DNA from: a virus
DNA length: 64,000 bases
Virus record (IMG/VR): IMGVR_UViG_3300036985_004624
Direction: 5' to 3' (one strand)
Part shown: piece after piece, positions 10,515 to 20,642 of the stretch
Numbering within the stretch: the stretch's first letter is position 1
How the letters are laid out: the number at the start of each line of letters is the position of its first letter
Made by a program: the position numbers and the translations under genes
The notes under the pieces: generated by a model
The model's input: the letters and a program-made list of their open reading frames with translations, nothing else
Databases searched by the model: none
Told to the model about the DNA's origin: nothing

Positions 10515-10952
10515 TTAGCCCTTTCCTTTAGGATTATTAAAAATATTACCCTCATTCATGACCCTAAAAGTTAGGCCATGCGCCTTCGCAAATGCTTGTG
10601 CTGCTGCCCATTTGAATGTATTCAATGCGACTGCTGCCTTAGCCTTTTGAGACTTTGCTTGTTCTAAGAAAGTTTCTTTAGCTGGCTTTACTTCAATAAT
10701 CTCTGCTCTCTGACTACCTTTAGCGTCTACATAAGTAACCACAAAATCAGGCACATACACAGTATACTTACCTGTAAAGGGATTCTGATAGGGTATTTTA
10801 AGGGATTCGCTGGCCCAGGTTAGTATATTAGGATTAGTATCGAACATAACCATTACTTTATGTTCCCACGATGAGCGAAATATTATGGGATAAGTACCCA
10901 CATATTTACTCGGATTTATGGGTTTATACTGGCCTTGTACATAAGATCGCAT
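10515..10952 (-). CDS. 4: gp4-like head completion nuclease (TnsA-like PD-(D/E)XK)
   Basis: NPSKYVG, RSSWE, WASE, YVPDF, IEVKP and KWAAA motifs. Confidence 0.9.
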   Translation of the reverse strand: MRSYVQGQYKPINPSKYVGTYPIIFRSSWEHKVMVMFDTNPNILTWASESLKIPYQNPFTGKYTVYVPDFVVTYVDAKGSQRAEIIEVKPAKETFLEQAKSQKAKAAVALNTFKWAAAQAFAKAHGLTFRVMNEGNIFNNPKGKG

Positions 10953-11426
10953 CTAGGACCTTATCTGTCTAGCCTGAAGGCTATATCTGTTATCGACGCT
11001 AGTAGCTCTTCCGACTTGATGACTTGTATCTCTTAAAAGGTTAAATGCCCTATAAGCATCGGGCGTAAGAACTGTCTTACCATTAACTTCTGATCTAACT
11101 AGAAGTTCTGCAGGAGATATACCGAGTATAGTTGCTATATCTATTGCTAATCCAGTCATTGTTTCGGAATAAACTTGAGATCCACCTCTTGATAAGAAAT
11201 AACATAATACCGAATTATAGTCCGATAAAGAATAACTGCCCGGAACGCCTGCACCTAATGCAGCCTGAGAAATACTACCCGGACTAGGAAATACAGTAGT
11301 TCCGGTTGCATACTTATATGTATTTCCTATACCCCCAAATACATTTTTAACAGTTCGTTGTGTACCCAAATACGTTAGCATCTGCGAACTGAAGCGGCCG
11401 ATTGAAGAAATACTAGTATTAGCCAT
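10953..11426 (-). CDS. hypothetical virion-module protein
   Basis: ORF between the tube-like gene and gp4. Confidence 0.6.
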   Translation of the reverse strand: MANTSISSIGRFSSQMLTYLGTQRTVKNVFGGIGNTYKYATGTTVFPSPGSISQAALGAGVPGSYSLSDYNSVLCYFLSRGGSQVYSETMTGLAIDIATILGISPAELLVRSEVNGKTVLTPDAYRAFNLLRDTSHQVGRATSVDNRYSLQARQIRS

Positions 11427-12673
11427 TATCCTCCACCTGCTCTATCCATATCAGGGTACATGGTTGTATCGGGAACCGCAGTAGAATTAAAAGGTCTAGT
11501 CTGAATATAAGGTGAATCTTGTACATTAATCGGTGTGGGAGATATATCTACACTACCGGCAATTGCACTAGAACTGGTTCTTACTCCGGATATATCTAAT
11601 CTTCTGGGGTCGGTCGCTGCAAACGGTGATGTACTCTGTCCTCCACCCGCATCATTTACAGTTCCTATATCTGCCTGAAGATTATAGTTATCACGATCAA
11701 CATTTCGATTCACAAATTGTGCATCTGGTTGTTGGTTCGGTGTTTCTATAAAATCCGGATCATATTGAGTAAATGAAAGATTTGTTAGTTCCAAAAAGTC
11801 GCCATGTTCAAATTGTGTTATCGTAGAATTATTATTTGGCTCGCCCGCACCTAATTTCATATTCTGTATTGTGTAGAATGCATATTCATATTCCCACGTA
11901 AATGTAAGTTCGAGTGTCTTATCACTTGTCGCATAACTTAGCACATCATGAGTAAACGCTGAAATTCGGGGATTTACTAATGTTACTTGATTAAATCTTC
12001 CACCGTGTACCTGGTATATATCTATTGTTTGAATTAAATTTCTTATATTTTGAATGGTAGGTAAATTAAATCCAAAATTATGATTATCTAAGGTATCTGA
12101 TACAATATTTTGTATACCTTGCTTCTCGCCGTCTGTATTAGTGGATGAAGATATACTATTTGCTAAAACCTCGCCCTGTGAGCCTCGACCGGCGCCAGCG
12201 CCGCCTCCGTCTTGATAATAGGTTCCGCCGAAAGATTGTACATAGTCACTCCTGCCTTTATCTATATTCTTACCCGGCTCACTACCATCCATAAAATAGT
12301 ATCTGTAATACATTTCCCAAAACTTTAATGTTTTTCCATCTGCTACATCATGAAACACCATTTTGACAGGCTCAAATGCTATTTTTGTCTGACTTAATCG
12401 TTTTCTATTATATTGATTAAGTGGTGCAGTTTCAATTTTAAAGGCCGGCATATCAACTGTTTTCACTAAAGGCATAATCTGCTCTAAGTCGGGCCCATTA
12501 AAAAATTGAGATATAAAGAACTGTGCTGTACTTACATTATTTAAATTAATATTAATATAGTACTCAAACGGAAATCTTGGTTGGTTTCTAAATAAGGACG
12601 GAGATTGCTGATTAAAATTATACGCAGCATGATGAGAAGATTTCTCATAATAAAATTTAGAGGAAATTGACAT
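11426..12673 (-). CDS. tail-tube-fold baseplate/tube-initiator protein (gp48/gp54-like)
   Basis: VKTVDMPAF...NQYNRKR...FEPVKMVFHD resembles the gp19-family fold; adjacent to the tail tube gene. Confidence 0.6.
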   Translation of the reverse strand: MSISSKFYYEKSSHHAAYNFNQQSPSLFRNQPRFPFEYYININLNNVSTAQFFISQFFNGPDLEQIMPLVKTVDMPAFKIETAPLNQYNRKRLSQTKIAFEPVKMVFHDVADGKTLKFWEMYYRYYFMDGSEPGKNIDKGRSDYVQSFGGTYYQDGGGAGAGRGSQGEVLANSISSSTNTDGEKQGIQNIVSDTLDNHNFGFNLPTIQNIRNLIQTIDIYQVHGGRFNQVTLVNPRISAFTHDVLSYATSDKTLELTFTWEYEYAFYTIQNMKLGAGEPNNNSTITQFEHGDFLELTNLSFTQYDPDFIETPNQQPDAQFVNRNVDRDNYNLQADIGTVNDAGGGQSTSPFAATDPRRLDISGVRTSSSAIAGSVDISPTPINVQDSPYIQTRPFNSTAVPDTTMYPDMDRAGGG

Positions 12674-12714
12674 AATGTACTATTTACCTTCTTTTCATTT
12701 ATAGGAAATTAAAA

Positions 12715-12743
12715 AAATATAGGGGCTAAATGCCCCTATATTT
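12715..12743 (-). terminator. intrinsic terminator after tail tube gene
   Basis: AAATATAGGGGC / GCCCCTATATTT stem followed by a U-tract on the minus strand. Confidence 0.75.
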
Positions 12744-12758
12744 AAGTAGATAAAAATC

Positions 12759-13376
12759 TTAAGCGAACGTTGTGCCGCCTGTTGGGCTAGGAATGTTCGG
12801 ATACGGATCAGGTCCGTTGTAGTTAGGATTATTTCCTGCTAAGTTCGTAGCATTGTCAAATCTAATTGTTAATGTAACTTCCTGTGGATCGCCACTTGCA
12901 TAATCTGCTTCAGAATATGTTGCTGCATTAATCCAGCAACCTTCTAAGAACCAGGATTCTATTTCTTCATTTGTCGTACCATCCAACGAATGAACTTCCA
13001 TAGAAAATTTATAATTTATACCTGCGGATGCACTTGTCTGCTCGAAGTGATTCATTTGCTTCTGCACCTGAGCACCTACACTAGCTACAATTGAATTAGT
13101 TATATCGTCACGCAGTTTAATTTCGAGTGGATCAAAACTGTGTTTACCTGCAATCCATGCTACTGAATTATATGAATCTAGTTTCACTTCTTCGTATGTA
13201 ACCTTTGGGCGGCTGCATGTCATAACATTTGCTGTCATTGTGTTTGCACCGACTCCATCGCCAAATCCATACCACATAACTCTAAAGCGATACTTTTGTT
13301 TAGGGTGTAAAATACCCTGATTTTGTCCGTCAATCGGAACCCCGAATTTGGATAATGTTGAAAAACTCTGTGCCAT
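12759..13376 (-). CDS. 19: tail tube protein
   Basis: PKQKYRFRV, AGKHSF, WFLEGCW and LTIRFDNA motifs; follows the sheath gene. Confidence 0.88.
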   Translation of the reverse strand: MAQSFSTLSKFGVPIDGQNQGILHPKQKYRFRVMWYGFGDGVGANTMTANVMTCSRPKVTYEEVKLDSYNSVAWIAGKHSFDPLEIKLRDDITNSIVASVGAQVQKQMNHFEQTSASAGINYKFSMEVHSLDGTTNEEIESWFLEGCWINAATYSEADYASGDPQEVTLTIRFDNATNLAGNNPNYNGPDPYPNIPSPTGGTTFA

Positions 13377-13454
13377 CTTATTCTCCTGCTATAAAAGCTA
13401 ATACTATTTATCAAATCTGTCGAATTTTTCTTCGAGAGGTATTAAAAAGGCCAA

Positions 13455-13486
13455 AATAAAAGGGCAAGTGCTTTGCCCCTTTATTT
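13455..13486 (-). terminator. intrinsic terminator after tail sheath gene
   Basis: AAATAAAAGGGCAA / TTGCCCCTTTATTT imperfect inverted repeat. Confidence 0.65.
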
Positions 13487-13498
13487 GATAGTTTTCAC

Positions 13499-16045
13499 TT
13501 ATGCTGTTAAACTAGCTCCTGTATTTTTAATTCTGATAGGAATGTAAATAAATTCAATTGCTTTAACAGGTTGAATTGCAACGTCAATCCACAATTCGTT
13601 TCTATCTATACGAGCAGGTGTGTTGTTGCTCAAGTCGCAAACAACCAAGAAGTCATATAAACCACGCAATGTAATAAGTTCAGATAAGAATCTATTGAAT
13701 GCATCTAACACAGATTTACGTGTTGTTGTATCATTAGGCTCGAATAAGAACGGTTGTGCAAGATTGTTCAATTGATAACGTAGGTAATTTTCCAAACGAA
13801 CTACATTGATACGGTCTGTTGCACTCGAGTATGGTTGACGTGTCTTTTGTCCAAACACAACAATACCACCTTGTGGCATAACACGAATTGGATTAATACC
13901 GTTTTGATATAAAATATCACGTTGGCCTTCATTCAACTTAACTGTAATAAATTGTCCAGACGAATTAACATATCCGACTGCCCCTGCATTATTTACAACA
14001 CCGCGTTGTAATCCAGCTGGTGCAAACCAAGGATAAGCAACTTGATCGTTATAAGCAATTGTTCGTAAAGCCATATGGGATGGTGGAACAACTACGTCTG
14101 TACCATCGACATTTGTACTTAATCCGCTTGGATACCATGCGGCAAAGTATTTGCTTGCAGAAACAAGGCCATCTGCTCCGTTACCGTAAGCAACACTATG
14201 ATTTGTTGCCCAATTCTGTAAAGATGTTCCTGTTGCACTTAATGTAAACGGTGTATCTCCTACTACGAACGCTGTGTCTTTACGGTCATCGTTCAACACA
14301 AGCATTTCGTCGATAGCTTCTACATAGCCTGGTGCAGCAATTAAGTTAAAATATAAATCTTCTGCACGAATATCTTCGTTAGAAGTAATAGTTGCTTGAA
14401 TTGCTTTTACGATAACAATTTGTTGTGCTGCTGCACCCATATATGGTACGCCGCCCGGATTATTACCTGATATAGTTACCCAACGACCCAAAGAGTCGTT
14501 ATTGGTATCATCTGGCTGCGCTGTTACGCCATCAAATACATACGGTGCTTCCCAAGACTTAACATTGTTTGTAGAATAGCGTGTATTCCATAATAAGAAG
14601 CCTTTCGGATATAATGCAGCTTGTGGTGCATCTGCATCTAAGTCAGGATTTGTGCCACCTGCATTATTCTCTCCCGTGTATGCGCCATCATGATATAATG
14701 GGCCAGGACGAGCATCCTGGAAGATAATACCGTTAGGTGTTGTCTGATCTGTATTGTCCACTAGTACCCAAGCAGTTCCACTCCAGCGATTAATAACAGG
14801 ATAAGGGACTGCATCGGTGTTGACCCAAATATCACCAGCATCTAATGCCGGAGTAGGGACATTATCTAGTGGATCATCAGGCTGCGGATATAAAGTGGGT
14901 TCGCCCGGTAATACTGTATAAGTGAAACCAGGAAGATTAATATTTTGCCATGCACCTGTACCATCAGCAATTAACACATCTACTGTAGATTCTCCATCAC
15001 TATTTAATCCTAATAATGCATTAAACCACGACTGGCCGTTTACCGGACCTGCCGTAGGTGCTGTGGCTGAACCGACAATAGTGGTCAGTGCTGCCCAGAC
15101 ACCGTCTGTACATAACATAAATCTGAATAAATTTGGTGTGGTAGATTCTGCACCTTGTGCAATCTTAATATATACCTGGCCATTAGATCCTGCAGGATTT
15201 GCAGCATAATATGTATTTGCTGCTGCATCATCAACAAGTATCGGTGCCTCAACTTGCAAGAAAGATCCTGTCGATGCGCTCATCTTTCTTAAAACAAGAT
15301 CTGCACCTTGTGCTGCCGAACCCGTCTTAATCCAGTACGTCTGTGTAACTAACACATCTGTTAAATCAGGCCATACAGACTGGATAACTACGCTCGAATC
15401 TAATGTGGGGTCTTGTAATTTTACCCAGCTGCCTTCTAAACTTACCCAATAAGATAATTCGCCTGGTTCTGTTTCAAACACCACTGCAACGTCCAATTCG
15501 TCGGCCGTAGCCGTTGGTTCATTAGCTGTACCTGTTGCAAAATTATATACATATCTTGGTGTAACTGGCGACCATATTTCAGAACCTGGCGCGCCTGTAC
15601 GTATGAATAAACCATATGAAGATACAGATTCATCTAACCAATATGTTCCGGCTGCTGCAGGACTTGTTGGTGCAATCGGTGTAGGCTCTAATTGAGCGGT
15701 ATTCACATCTGCTCTAACAACTCTGCATAAATTAGAAATACCTAAATATGAATAAGCTGCTAAAAGTCCGTATTCATTTAATGGATACCCGTTCAACGAT
15801 GTACCACTTACTGAGTAGAAAGTAGGATCGCCGAAAGTTTGTACCAAATCACGTTGAGATGTGATAGACCATACAATGCCGGCATTAGCCTTTGTTGTTC
15901 CAACTGCAACAGTTGTCCCAGCTGGAATGGTTTTATCTTGTTGTGTGGCGATAAAAATAAGTGGAACTGTTCCTGGACCAGCGCCAACATTGATGCTTTG
16001 GTCGATAACTGAAATACTTACGCCTGGGGATACTAAAACTGCCAT
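13499..16045 (-). CDS. 18: contractile tail sheath protein
   Basis: LVSPGVSISVID, PWFAPAG.RG, RINVVRL, FEPND and PVKAIEFIYIP motifs. Confidence 0.95.
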   Translation of the reverse strand: MAVLVSPGVSISVIDQSINVGAGPGTVPLIFIATQQDKTIPAGTTVAVGTTKANAGIVWSITSQRDLVQTFGDPTFYSVSGTSLNGYPLNEYGLLAAYSYLGISNLCRVVRADVNTAQLEPTPIAPTSPAAAGTYWLDESVSSYGLFIRTGAPGSEIWSPVTPRYVYNFATGTANEPTATADELDVAVVFETEPGELSYWVSLEGSWVKLQDPTLDSSVVIQSVWPDLTDVLVTQTYWIKTGSAAQGADLVLRKMSASTGSFLQVEAPILVDDAAANTYYAANPAGSNGQVYIKIAQGAESTTPNLFRFMLCTDGVWAALTTIVGSATAPTAGPVNGQSWFNALLGLNSDGESTVDVLIADGTGAWQNINLPGFTYTVLPGEPTLYPQPDDPLDNVPTPALDAGDIWVNTDAVPYPVINRWSGTAWVLVDNTDQTTPNGIIFQDARPGPLYHDGAYTGENNAGGTNPDLDADAPQAALYPKGFLLWNTRYSTNNVKSWEAPYVFDGVTAQPDDTNNDSLGRWVTISGNNPGGVPYMGAAAQQIVIVKAIQATITSNEDIRAEDLYFNLIAAPGYVEAIDEMLVLNDDRKDTAFVVGDTPFTLSATGTSLQNWATNHSVAYGNGADGLVSASKYFAAWYPSGLSTNVDGTDVVVPPSHMALRTIAYNDQVAYPWFAPAGLQRGVVNNAGAVGYVNSSGQFITVKLNEGQRDILYQNGINPIRVMPQGGIVVFGQKTRQPYSSATDRINVVRLENYLRYQLNNLAQPFLFEPNDTTTRKSVLDAFNRFLSELITLRGLYDFLVVCDLSNNTPARIDRNELWIDVAIQPVKAIEFIYIPIRIKNTGASLTA

Positions 16046-16085
16046 ATATTTAACTCCTATTGAAGATGTTTCTTCTAGTTGCTAG

Positions 16086-16093
16086 TATTTATC
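16086..16093 (-). promoter_or_regulatory. T4-type late promoter variant GATAAATA (representative copy; at least 17 in window)
   Basis: recurs upstream of structural genes on the coding strand; one base from the T4 late promoter TATAAATA. Confidence 0.8.
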
Positions 16094-16132
16094 AGGAAGG
16101 GTGTTAAATATGCTGCAAATAAAGCACCAATC

Positions 16133-16765
16133 TTACAATTTATTGGAGAATATTTTCTGTACCTGGCCTTCTAGATTTTCTAATGTACTATCGTTATTTA
16201 GCTCATAATCAATTTTCGACCCCACCCATGCCCATTCACTTAAATGAGCAGCAGAATATGTCTCAGTCATCACTGCTTTTGCGATAGAATTTCCCCGATT
16301 TGCTAAGATAGCTGTTTCATACCAAATGGGTGCAGGGCCACGATTTACCTTAATTAACGTGCCGCCTTGCTCTTGAATAAATTTTATTTCGTTAGGAAAA
16401 CGAACATCACTAATAACTACATTCTGATCAGGATTTTTACGAATTCTGTTTCGAAGTGTTAAGAACCACATATCTTGATGGAAGTTATTACGCATAACAT
16501 CTGTACCAATTACTTGCAATGCAAGTCTGGGACTAAAATTAGGCATGTTCAATTGTTCGGCCCACCACGGGTCTACAATTTCACGCCATTCCCGAGACTC
16601 TTTTGTATCGCCTTCGAGCATATGCCTGGGCCAATCAAACATAACGGCACAAGCATCTTTCAAACCTGCTGCAAAACTATCTTGCCTAAAATCATATCTA
16701 TTGACAAGTTGCGATGCAACAGTACCTTTACCGCTATTAATGAATCCGAGTAGGCCTACAATCAT
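16133..16765 (-). CDS. 1: deoxynucleoside monophosphate kinase (T4 gp1-like)
   Basis: GFINSGKGT P-loop, SFAAGLKD, PRLALQVIGTD, ISDVRFPNE and HLSE motifs. Confidence 0.88.
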   Translation of the reverse strand: MIVGLLGFINSGKGTVASQLVNRYDFRQDSFAAGLKDACAVMFDWPRHMLEGDTKESREWREIVDPWWAEQLNMPNFSPRLALQVIGTDVMRNNFHQDMWFLTLRNRIRKNPDQNVVISDVRFPNEIKFIQEQGGTLIKVNRGPAPIWYETAILANRGNSIAKAVMTETYSAAHLSEWAWVGSKIDYELNNDSTLENLEGQVQKIFSNKL

Positions 16766-16834
16766 AAGAAACCCCTAAGTTAATGTTTATGTAGTTATAC
16801 ACAAACCGCTTAGGGGTTGAATAATTTTGTTATT

Positions 16835-17587
16835 TTAACCGATTACAAAGCTATATCCATCCGAAGCAGTTACGAGATTTTGTAGTTGTAATTCTAACTT
16901 ATCCATCTCTACCTGAGCTTCTTGCTTAATAGTAGCACCATTAAGAGTAACATTGCCATTCGGTCCCGGAAAACCTCCCGGAAACTTATCTCTTGCTTCG
17001 CCTAACATATACTTAGAATATGCTGTAGAATAAGAACGTAACCAAGGCCCTGTATAAGGATCGTTAATGATATCATCTTCCGATTTGCTTGCATAAACGC
17101 GCACCGCTACCTCTTCGTCTGCTGTCGGTCGGCGAATAATTTTCAATGTATGAGAATTTACGTCCCATGTGAAATTCATCTGACTTGCAAATAATCGTTC
17201 GGTTGTTTCCAAGAATTGATTATACATATCCCATGTAGCCAATCCGCCGGACCTATTTGGTTGCAACATATAGATATTATAGAATGCAGCATCTACTGGA
17301 TCAAAATTGATACCGCCGTTTGTATATGCACCGACGCCCCGGCGATATAGTCTTCTAACTTCCTGAACTTCGTCCGGTAATGTATATTCTGTTATATCTC
17401 GTGTAATATGTAAAAAGATATCTTTCTCAAGATTAGCGCCATCCGATTGTTGACGCAACTTTTGAATACCAATCGTAATACCTAAATTTATGTGTTCTTG
17501 GTCGAGTTCGACATCCACCATCTGAGAACCGAGCAAAAGCTCTATTTGGCGAATTAGCAGGGATCTCGGTGTATATTGTGCAGACAT
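16835..17587 (-). CDS. 13: neck protein gp13-like
   Basis: LG.QMVDVELD, LGEARDKF, PGPNGNVTLNG motifs and C-terminal FVIG. Confidence 0.82.
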   Translation of the reverse strand: MSAQYTPRSLLIRQIELLLGSQMVDVELDQEHINLGITIGIQKLRQQSDGANLEKDIFLHITRDITEYTLPDEVQEVRRLYRRGVGAYTNGGINFDPVDAAFYNIYMLQPNRSGGLATWDMYNQFLETTERLFASQMNFTWDVNSHTLKIIRRPTADEEVAVRVYASKSEDDIINDPYTGPWLRSYSTAYSKYMLGEARDKFPGGFPGPNGNVTLNGATIKQEAQVEMDKLELQLQNLVTASDGYSFVIG

Positions 17588-17619
17588 AGTGTATCAACTC
17601 CAGTGATACACTATTTATC
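17586..17619 (-). promoter_or_regulatory. late promoter overlapping an 11-bp hairpin that covers the gp13 RBS/start
   Basis: GATAA-ATAGTGTATCA-CTGGAGT-TGATACACTAT-G. Confidence 0.7.
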
Positions 17620-18079
17620 AATATCCTAAGGTTGCCTTCTTCATAATAAATGCATCATCCAATGCATTATGTGCATCATATCCAAATTTAACCAATAGTG
17701 CTTCTTCTACAAGATCCGACACCCTAACAGGAAATATCATATTCTTTTCTAAATTTTCAGGCCAAAGTGTTTCTACTAATCTTCTTAAATGCGGCCAATC
17801 CCATGATGGATTATCGGAAGCAATAATACATGGCACATTTCGTTCTTCTATCCATTTACTTATGGCTAAGGAACATTCGTAATGCGTCATTCTGTGCGGC
17901 CCTGGCCCTCTCAGAAGTACCAATACATCCGATTTTACAAAATCAGAACAGTCTTTCAGTTCGTATGTATCGGTTAATTCAGCATAAAAGTAGTTTTCGT
18001 CTTCGTCGACCAAAGCAATGCTGATCAGCTTATTGCCGGGTATTAGATCAGTGAATTCAGTATCTAAAAATAATCTCAT
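17618..18079 (-). CDS. DEDD 3'-5' exoribonuclease (Rv2179c-like)
   Basis: FLDTEFT...LISIALV...HNALDDA. Confidence 0.8.
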   Translation of the reverse strand: MRLFLDTEFTDLIPGNKLISIALVDEDENYFYAELTDTYELKDCSDFVKSDVLVLLRGPGPHRMTHYECSLAISKWIEERNVPCIIASDNPSWDWPHLRRLVETLWPENLEKNMIFPVRVSDLVEEALLVKFGYDAHNALDDAFIMKKATLGY

Positions 18080-19224
18080 TTATCAATCCTCAGAATAACA
18101 TGATTCTCGTTAAGTTTGCCGCCGCACGGAATATCGAGTGTTGTTAAATCCTTCAAAAAAGTGCGAAGTTTGACCTTACTTGCCTTCTTGAAGTCTGCGA
18201 GCGTCTCGACAGGCTTACGCAGTGTTTTTTCTACAGAATCTGACGAATAATTCAGTAAACTTGCGCCTTTAACACTGAGCCCGCCTGCGTCAACTGCTTT
18301 GTACTGAGATAACTTGCGTGTTCTAACATTGTATGTCCATACTTCCTTAGCACCAATTATTTGTGTAGGATTCAAACTAACAATACCCAGTGTTTTATCA
18401 TCCTTCTTATATTTTAATTTAGATACAACTTTATCGGCAGAAACAAGTTTCTTTTTGCGGGGTGCTCTTTCTACCTTTGCAGATTCTTGCATCATTGTGC
18501 AAGCCTTAAATAGATTCCTATTGAATAGATCTGCCTTCTTCAATTCTGCATTAGTATAATTAGAATATGCTTCTACCAATTCTTTATCTTTACCTTGTAG
18601 TGCTTCGGCCATCTCCTTTAGTCGACCTTCAAACTCTGCTTGTATGAACTTCATGTGCGGTGCTTTTAATTCATTTGATTTAAATAAATTCACAAAATCC
18701 TCCACCGACTTTACAGGAAGTTTTTTATCCATACAGAAGTCGTCTATCCATCCTTCTATTTCTCCCGCAATCTGACACGATTTTTCACGCAACCTGTCCT
18801 GAATAGAGATAACTGCTTTAATAGGCTCTTGAACTTTGAGAACGGATCTATCCTGTGATTCTTTTTCAACTGCCGCAAGCCTTTTTTCTTCTTCATATAT
18901 TACTTTCTCCAAGGCGGGCATTAATTTAGGAAAAACGCTATCGGGTATATCGCATCCGTGGTTTAATAGATACATATACTTTCCCACAGTAGCAAATCTA
19001 TTTTCGTGCATATCTTTAATACGATCCAGTAATGGATGTTTTAGATTAATTGATTTAAGATACTTTATTACTTCCTTTTTTAATTCTGATGTTGAAAGTT
19101 CATAATGAGCATATAGCATGGCACTGTGAAAATTTCTCACGAAGTGCTTATTTGTTTTTACCGTATATTCGAAATCGGGTTTGGGCCAACTCACAAATAC
19201 ACCTGCCGAACTCTTTGTTGCCAT
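18076..19224 (-). CDS. hypothetical phage protein
   Basis: 382-aa Lys-rich ORF. Confidence 0.65.
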   Translation of the reverse strand: MATKSSAGVFVSWPKPDFEYTVKTNKHFVRNFHSAMLYAHYELSTSELKKEVIKYLKSINLKHPLLDRIKDMHENRFATVGKYMYLLNHGCDIPDSVFPKLMPALEKVIYEEEKRLAAVEKESQDRSVLKVQEPIKAVISIQDRLREKSCQIAGEIEGWIDDFCMDKKLPVKSVEDFVNLFKSNELKAPHMKFIQAEFEGRLKEMAEALQGKDKELVEAYSNYTNAELKKADLFNRNLFKACTMMQESAKVERAPRKKKLVSADKVVSKLKYKKDDKTLGIVSLNPTQIIGAKEVWTYNVRTRKLSQYKAVDAGGLSVKGASLLNYSSDSVEKTLRKPVETLADFKKASKVKLRTFLKDLTTLDIPCGGKLNENHVILRIDK

Positions 19225-19323
19225 TTCTTATCCTTATGATATAAGATTATTTTAGCATCAGCCAAAAATAATCGCAACTAATCTTGGTTAGCTGCTCAGA
19301 GGATATTTATACGATCGGGTATC

Positions 19324-19494
19324 TTATTGGCCGGATTCAGGCTTCTTAGGATGTTTCTCTTTGCGAGTAAACTTCTTTTCCGTATGAGAGCCAGCACCTG
19401 AAGTAGGTGCGTTTTTCGCTACAAAATTGCGGGGTATGGTAGCAGGTACTTTTTTCTTATCAGTTTTTGCTTCAAATAATTCAAACAGTCTCAT
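19324..19494 (-). CDS. small basic late protein MRLFELFEAK... (start corrected from 19569)
   Basis: GGAG RBS before the ATG at 19494; late motif at 19595-19602. Confidence 0.6.
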   Translation of the reverse strand: MRLFELFEAKTDKKKVPATIPRNFVAKNAPTSGAGSHTEKKFTRKEKHPKKPESGQ

Positions 19495-19611
19495 ACGCAC
19501 TCCAAATATAAAGATAAGGAACGGTAGCGAATCGTTCCTTATCGACGCCTGCGTTAGCAGTAGCCACAACGGTCCTAGAGGTAGTTGTTAATTATATTTA
19601 TCTAAAATACA

Positions 19612-20094
19612 TTAAATATTAGGATCAGGTCGTGCCAGTACCTGAAAAATTTCATCTGCTGATGTTAAAGATCCACCCCACATCTCCACGACAAAAGGTG
19701 CTCTGTAAGTACACTTCGTAACAAGTCTATTATACTGCGCGTCAGTGATTACTCCTGCGGCAACAAACCCATTAAGCATGGATTGTGTTTCTACTGTGCT
19801 AAAATCTAAAGGATTAGGATTGCCCGATTGAAGATAATTAATTAAAATCGCACAAGCATTTTTAATCATATTATCATCCGGCATAGTACTGTCTTGCGAA
19901 ATCTTAAAAATCTTAATCCATAACCCCTCAATTCCCAAAAATGTAAGAAGCCATGACGGTGTAACGGGGCCTAACTTAGGAACTGTCATAGCATTTAGAA
20001 TCTCAGCAATCTCTTCATATTTTTCTCCTGCTGCTAAAGTAGCAAGGTTCGTATCGGCAAAGATATATGCCTTCATGTCACTAAATCGATTCAT
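19612..20094 (-). CDS. hypothetical protein
   Basis: 160-aa ORF with GGGGG RBS. Confidence 0.6.
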   Translation of the reverse strand: MNRFSDMKAYIFADTNLATLAAGEKYEEIAEILNAMTVPKLGPVTPSWLLTFLGIEGLWIKIFKISQDSTMPDDNMIKNACAILINYLQSGNPNPLDFSTVETQSMLNGFVAAGVITDAQYNRLVTKCTYRAPFVVEMWGGSLTSADEIFQVLARPDPNI

Positions 20095-20273
20095 AATTAA
20101 TTCCCCCGAATCTTATCCGCATTTATCTAAAAATTCTTTAAATTTTTCCATTGTGTTAAACTTAGCAACACTGTACTCGTACAGCATATACTCCTGTATT
20201 GCGAAAAAATATTCCACAGGAGTTTTAGACTTTATTAATTTAGAAGTTTGCCAAGATCTCATTATTCCAGCAC

Positions 20274-20642
20274 TCATTTTCTTTTATACCTTATATAATT
20301 ATCTAATATTGATTCTATATTTATCGTCCCTGTTGGGTTCTTACTATGCACAGTAAATGAGAATTTATCAGGCATAGAATTTGTATCCATGTCATATTCC
20401 ACCAACCATTTGGCAAAATCATATCCTGTTTTTTCATCAGAATAATCATTTGCATAATGCATCAAACCCAGATCATGGTCAAACGATATTACGTCTGGAA
20501 ATCCGTTATCTTGGACCCATTTAATTGCTTCATCGTAAGACCTAACAATTTGCCAATCTGCACCCCGTGAGCCAACGCCGCCGATAAGCAGCCACTTAAC
20601 ATCTGCAGGCATTCTTTCATCATCTAAAAATAAATATTTCAT
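20274..20642 (-). CDS. cyclic-phosphate-processing receiver-like domain protein
   Basis: LFLDDER...ISFDHDLG...GYDFAKWL...VHSKNP pattern. Confidence 0.75.
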   Translation of the reverse strand: MKYLFLDDERMPADVKWLLIGGVGSRGADWQIVRSYDEAIKWVQDNGFPDVISFDHDLGLMHYANDYSDEKTGYDFAKWLVEYDMDTNSMPDKFSFTVHSKNPTGTINIESILDNYIRYKRK

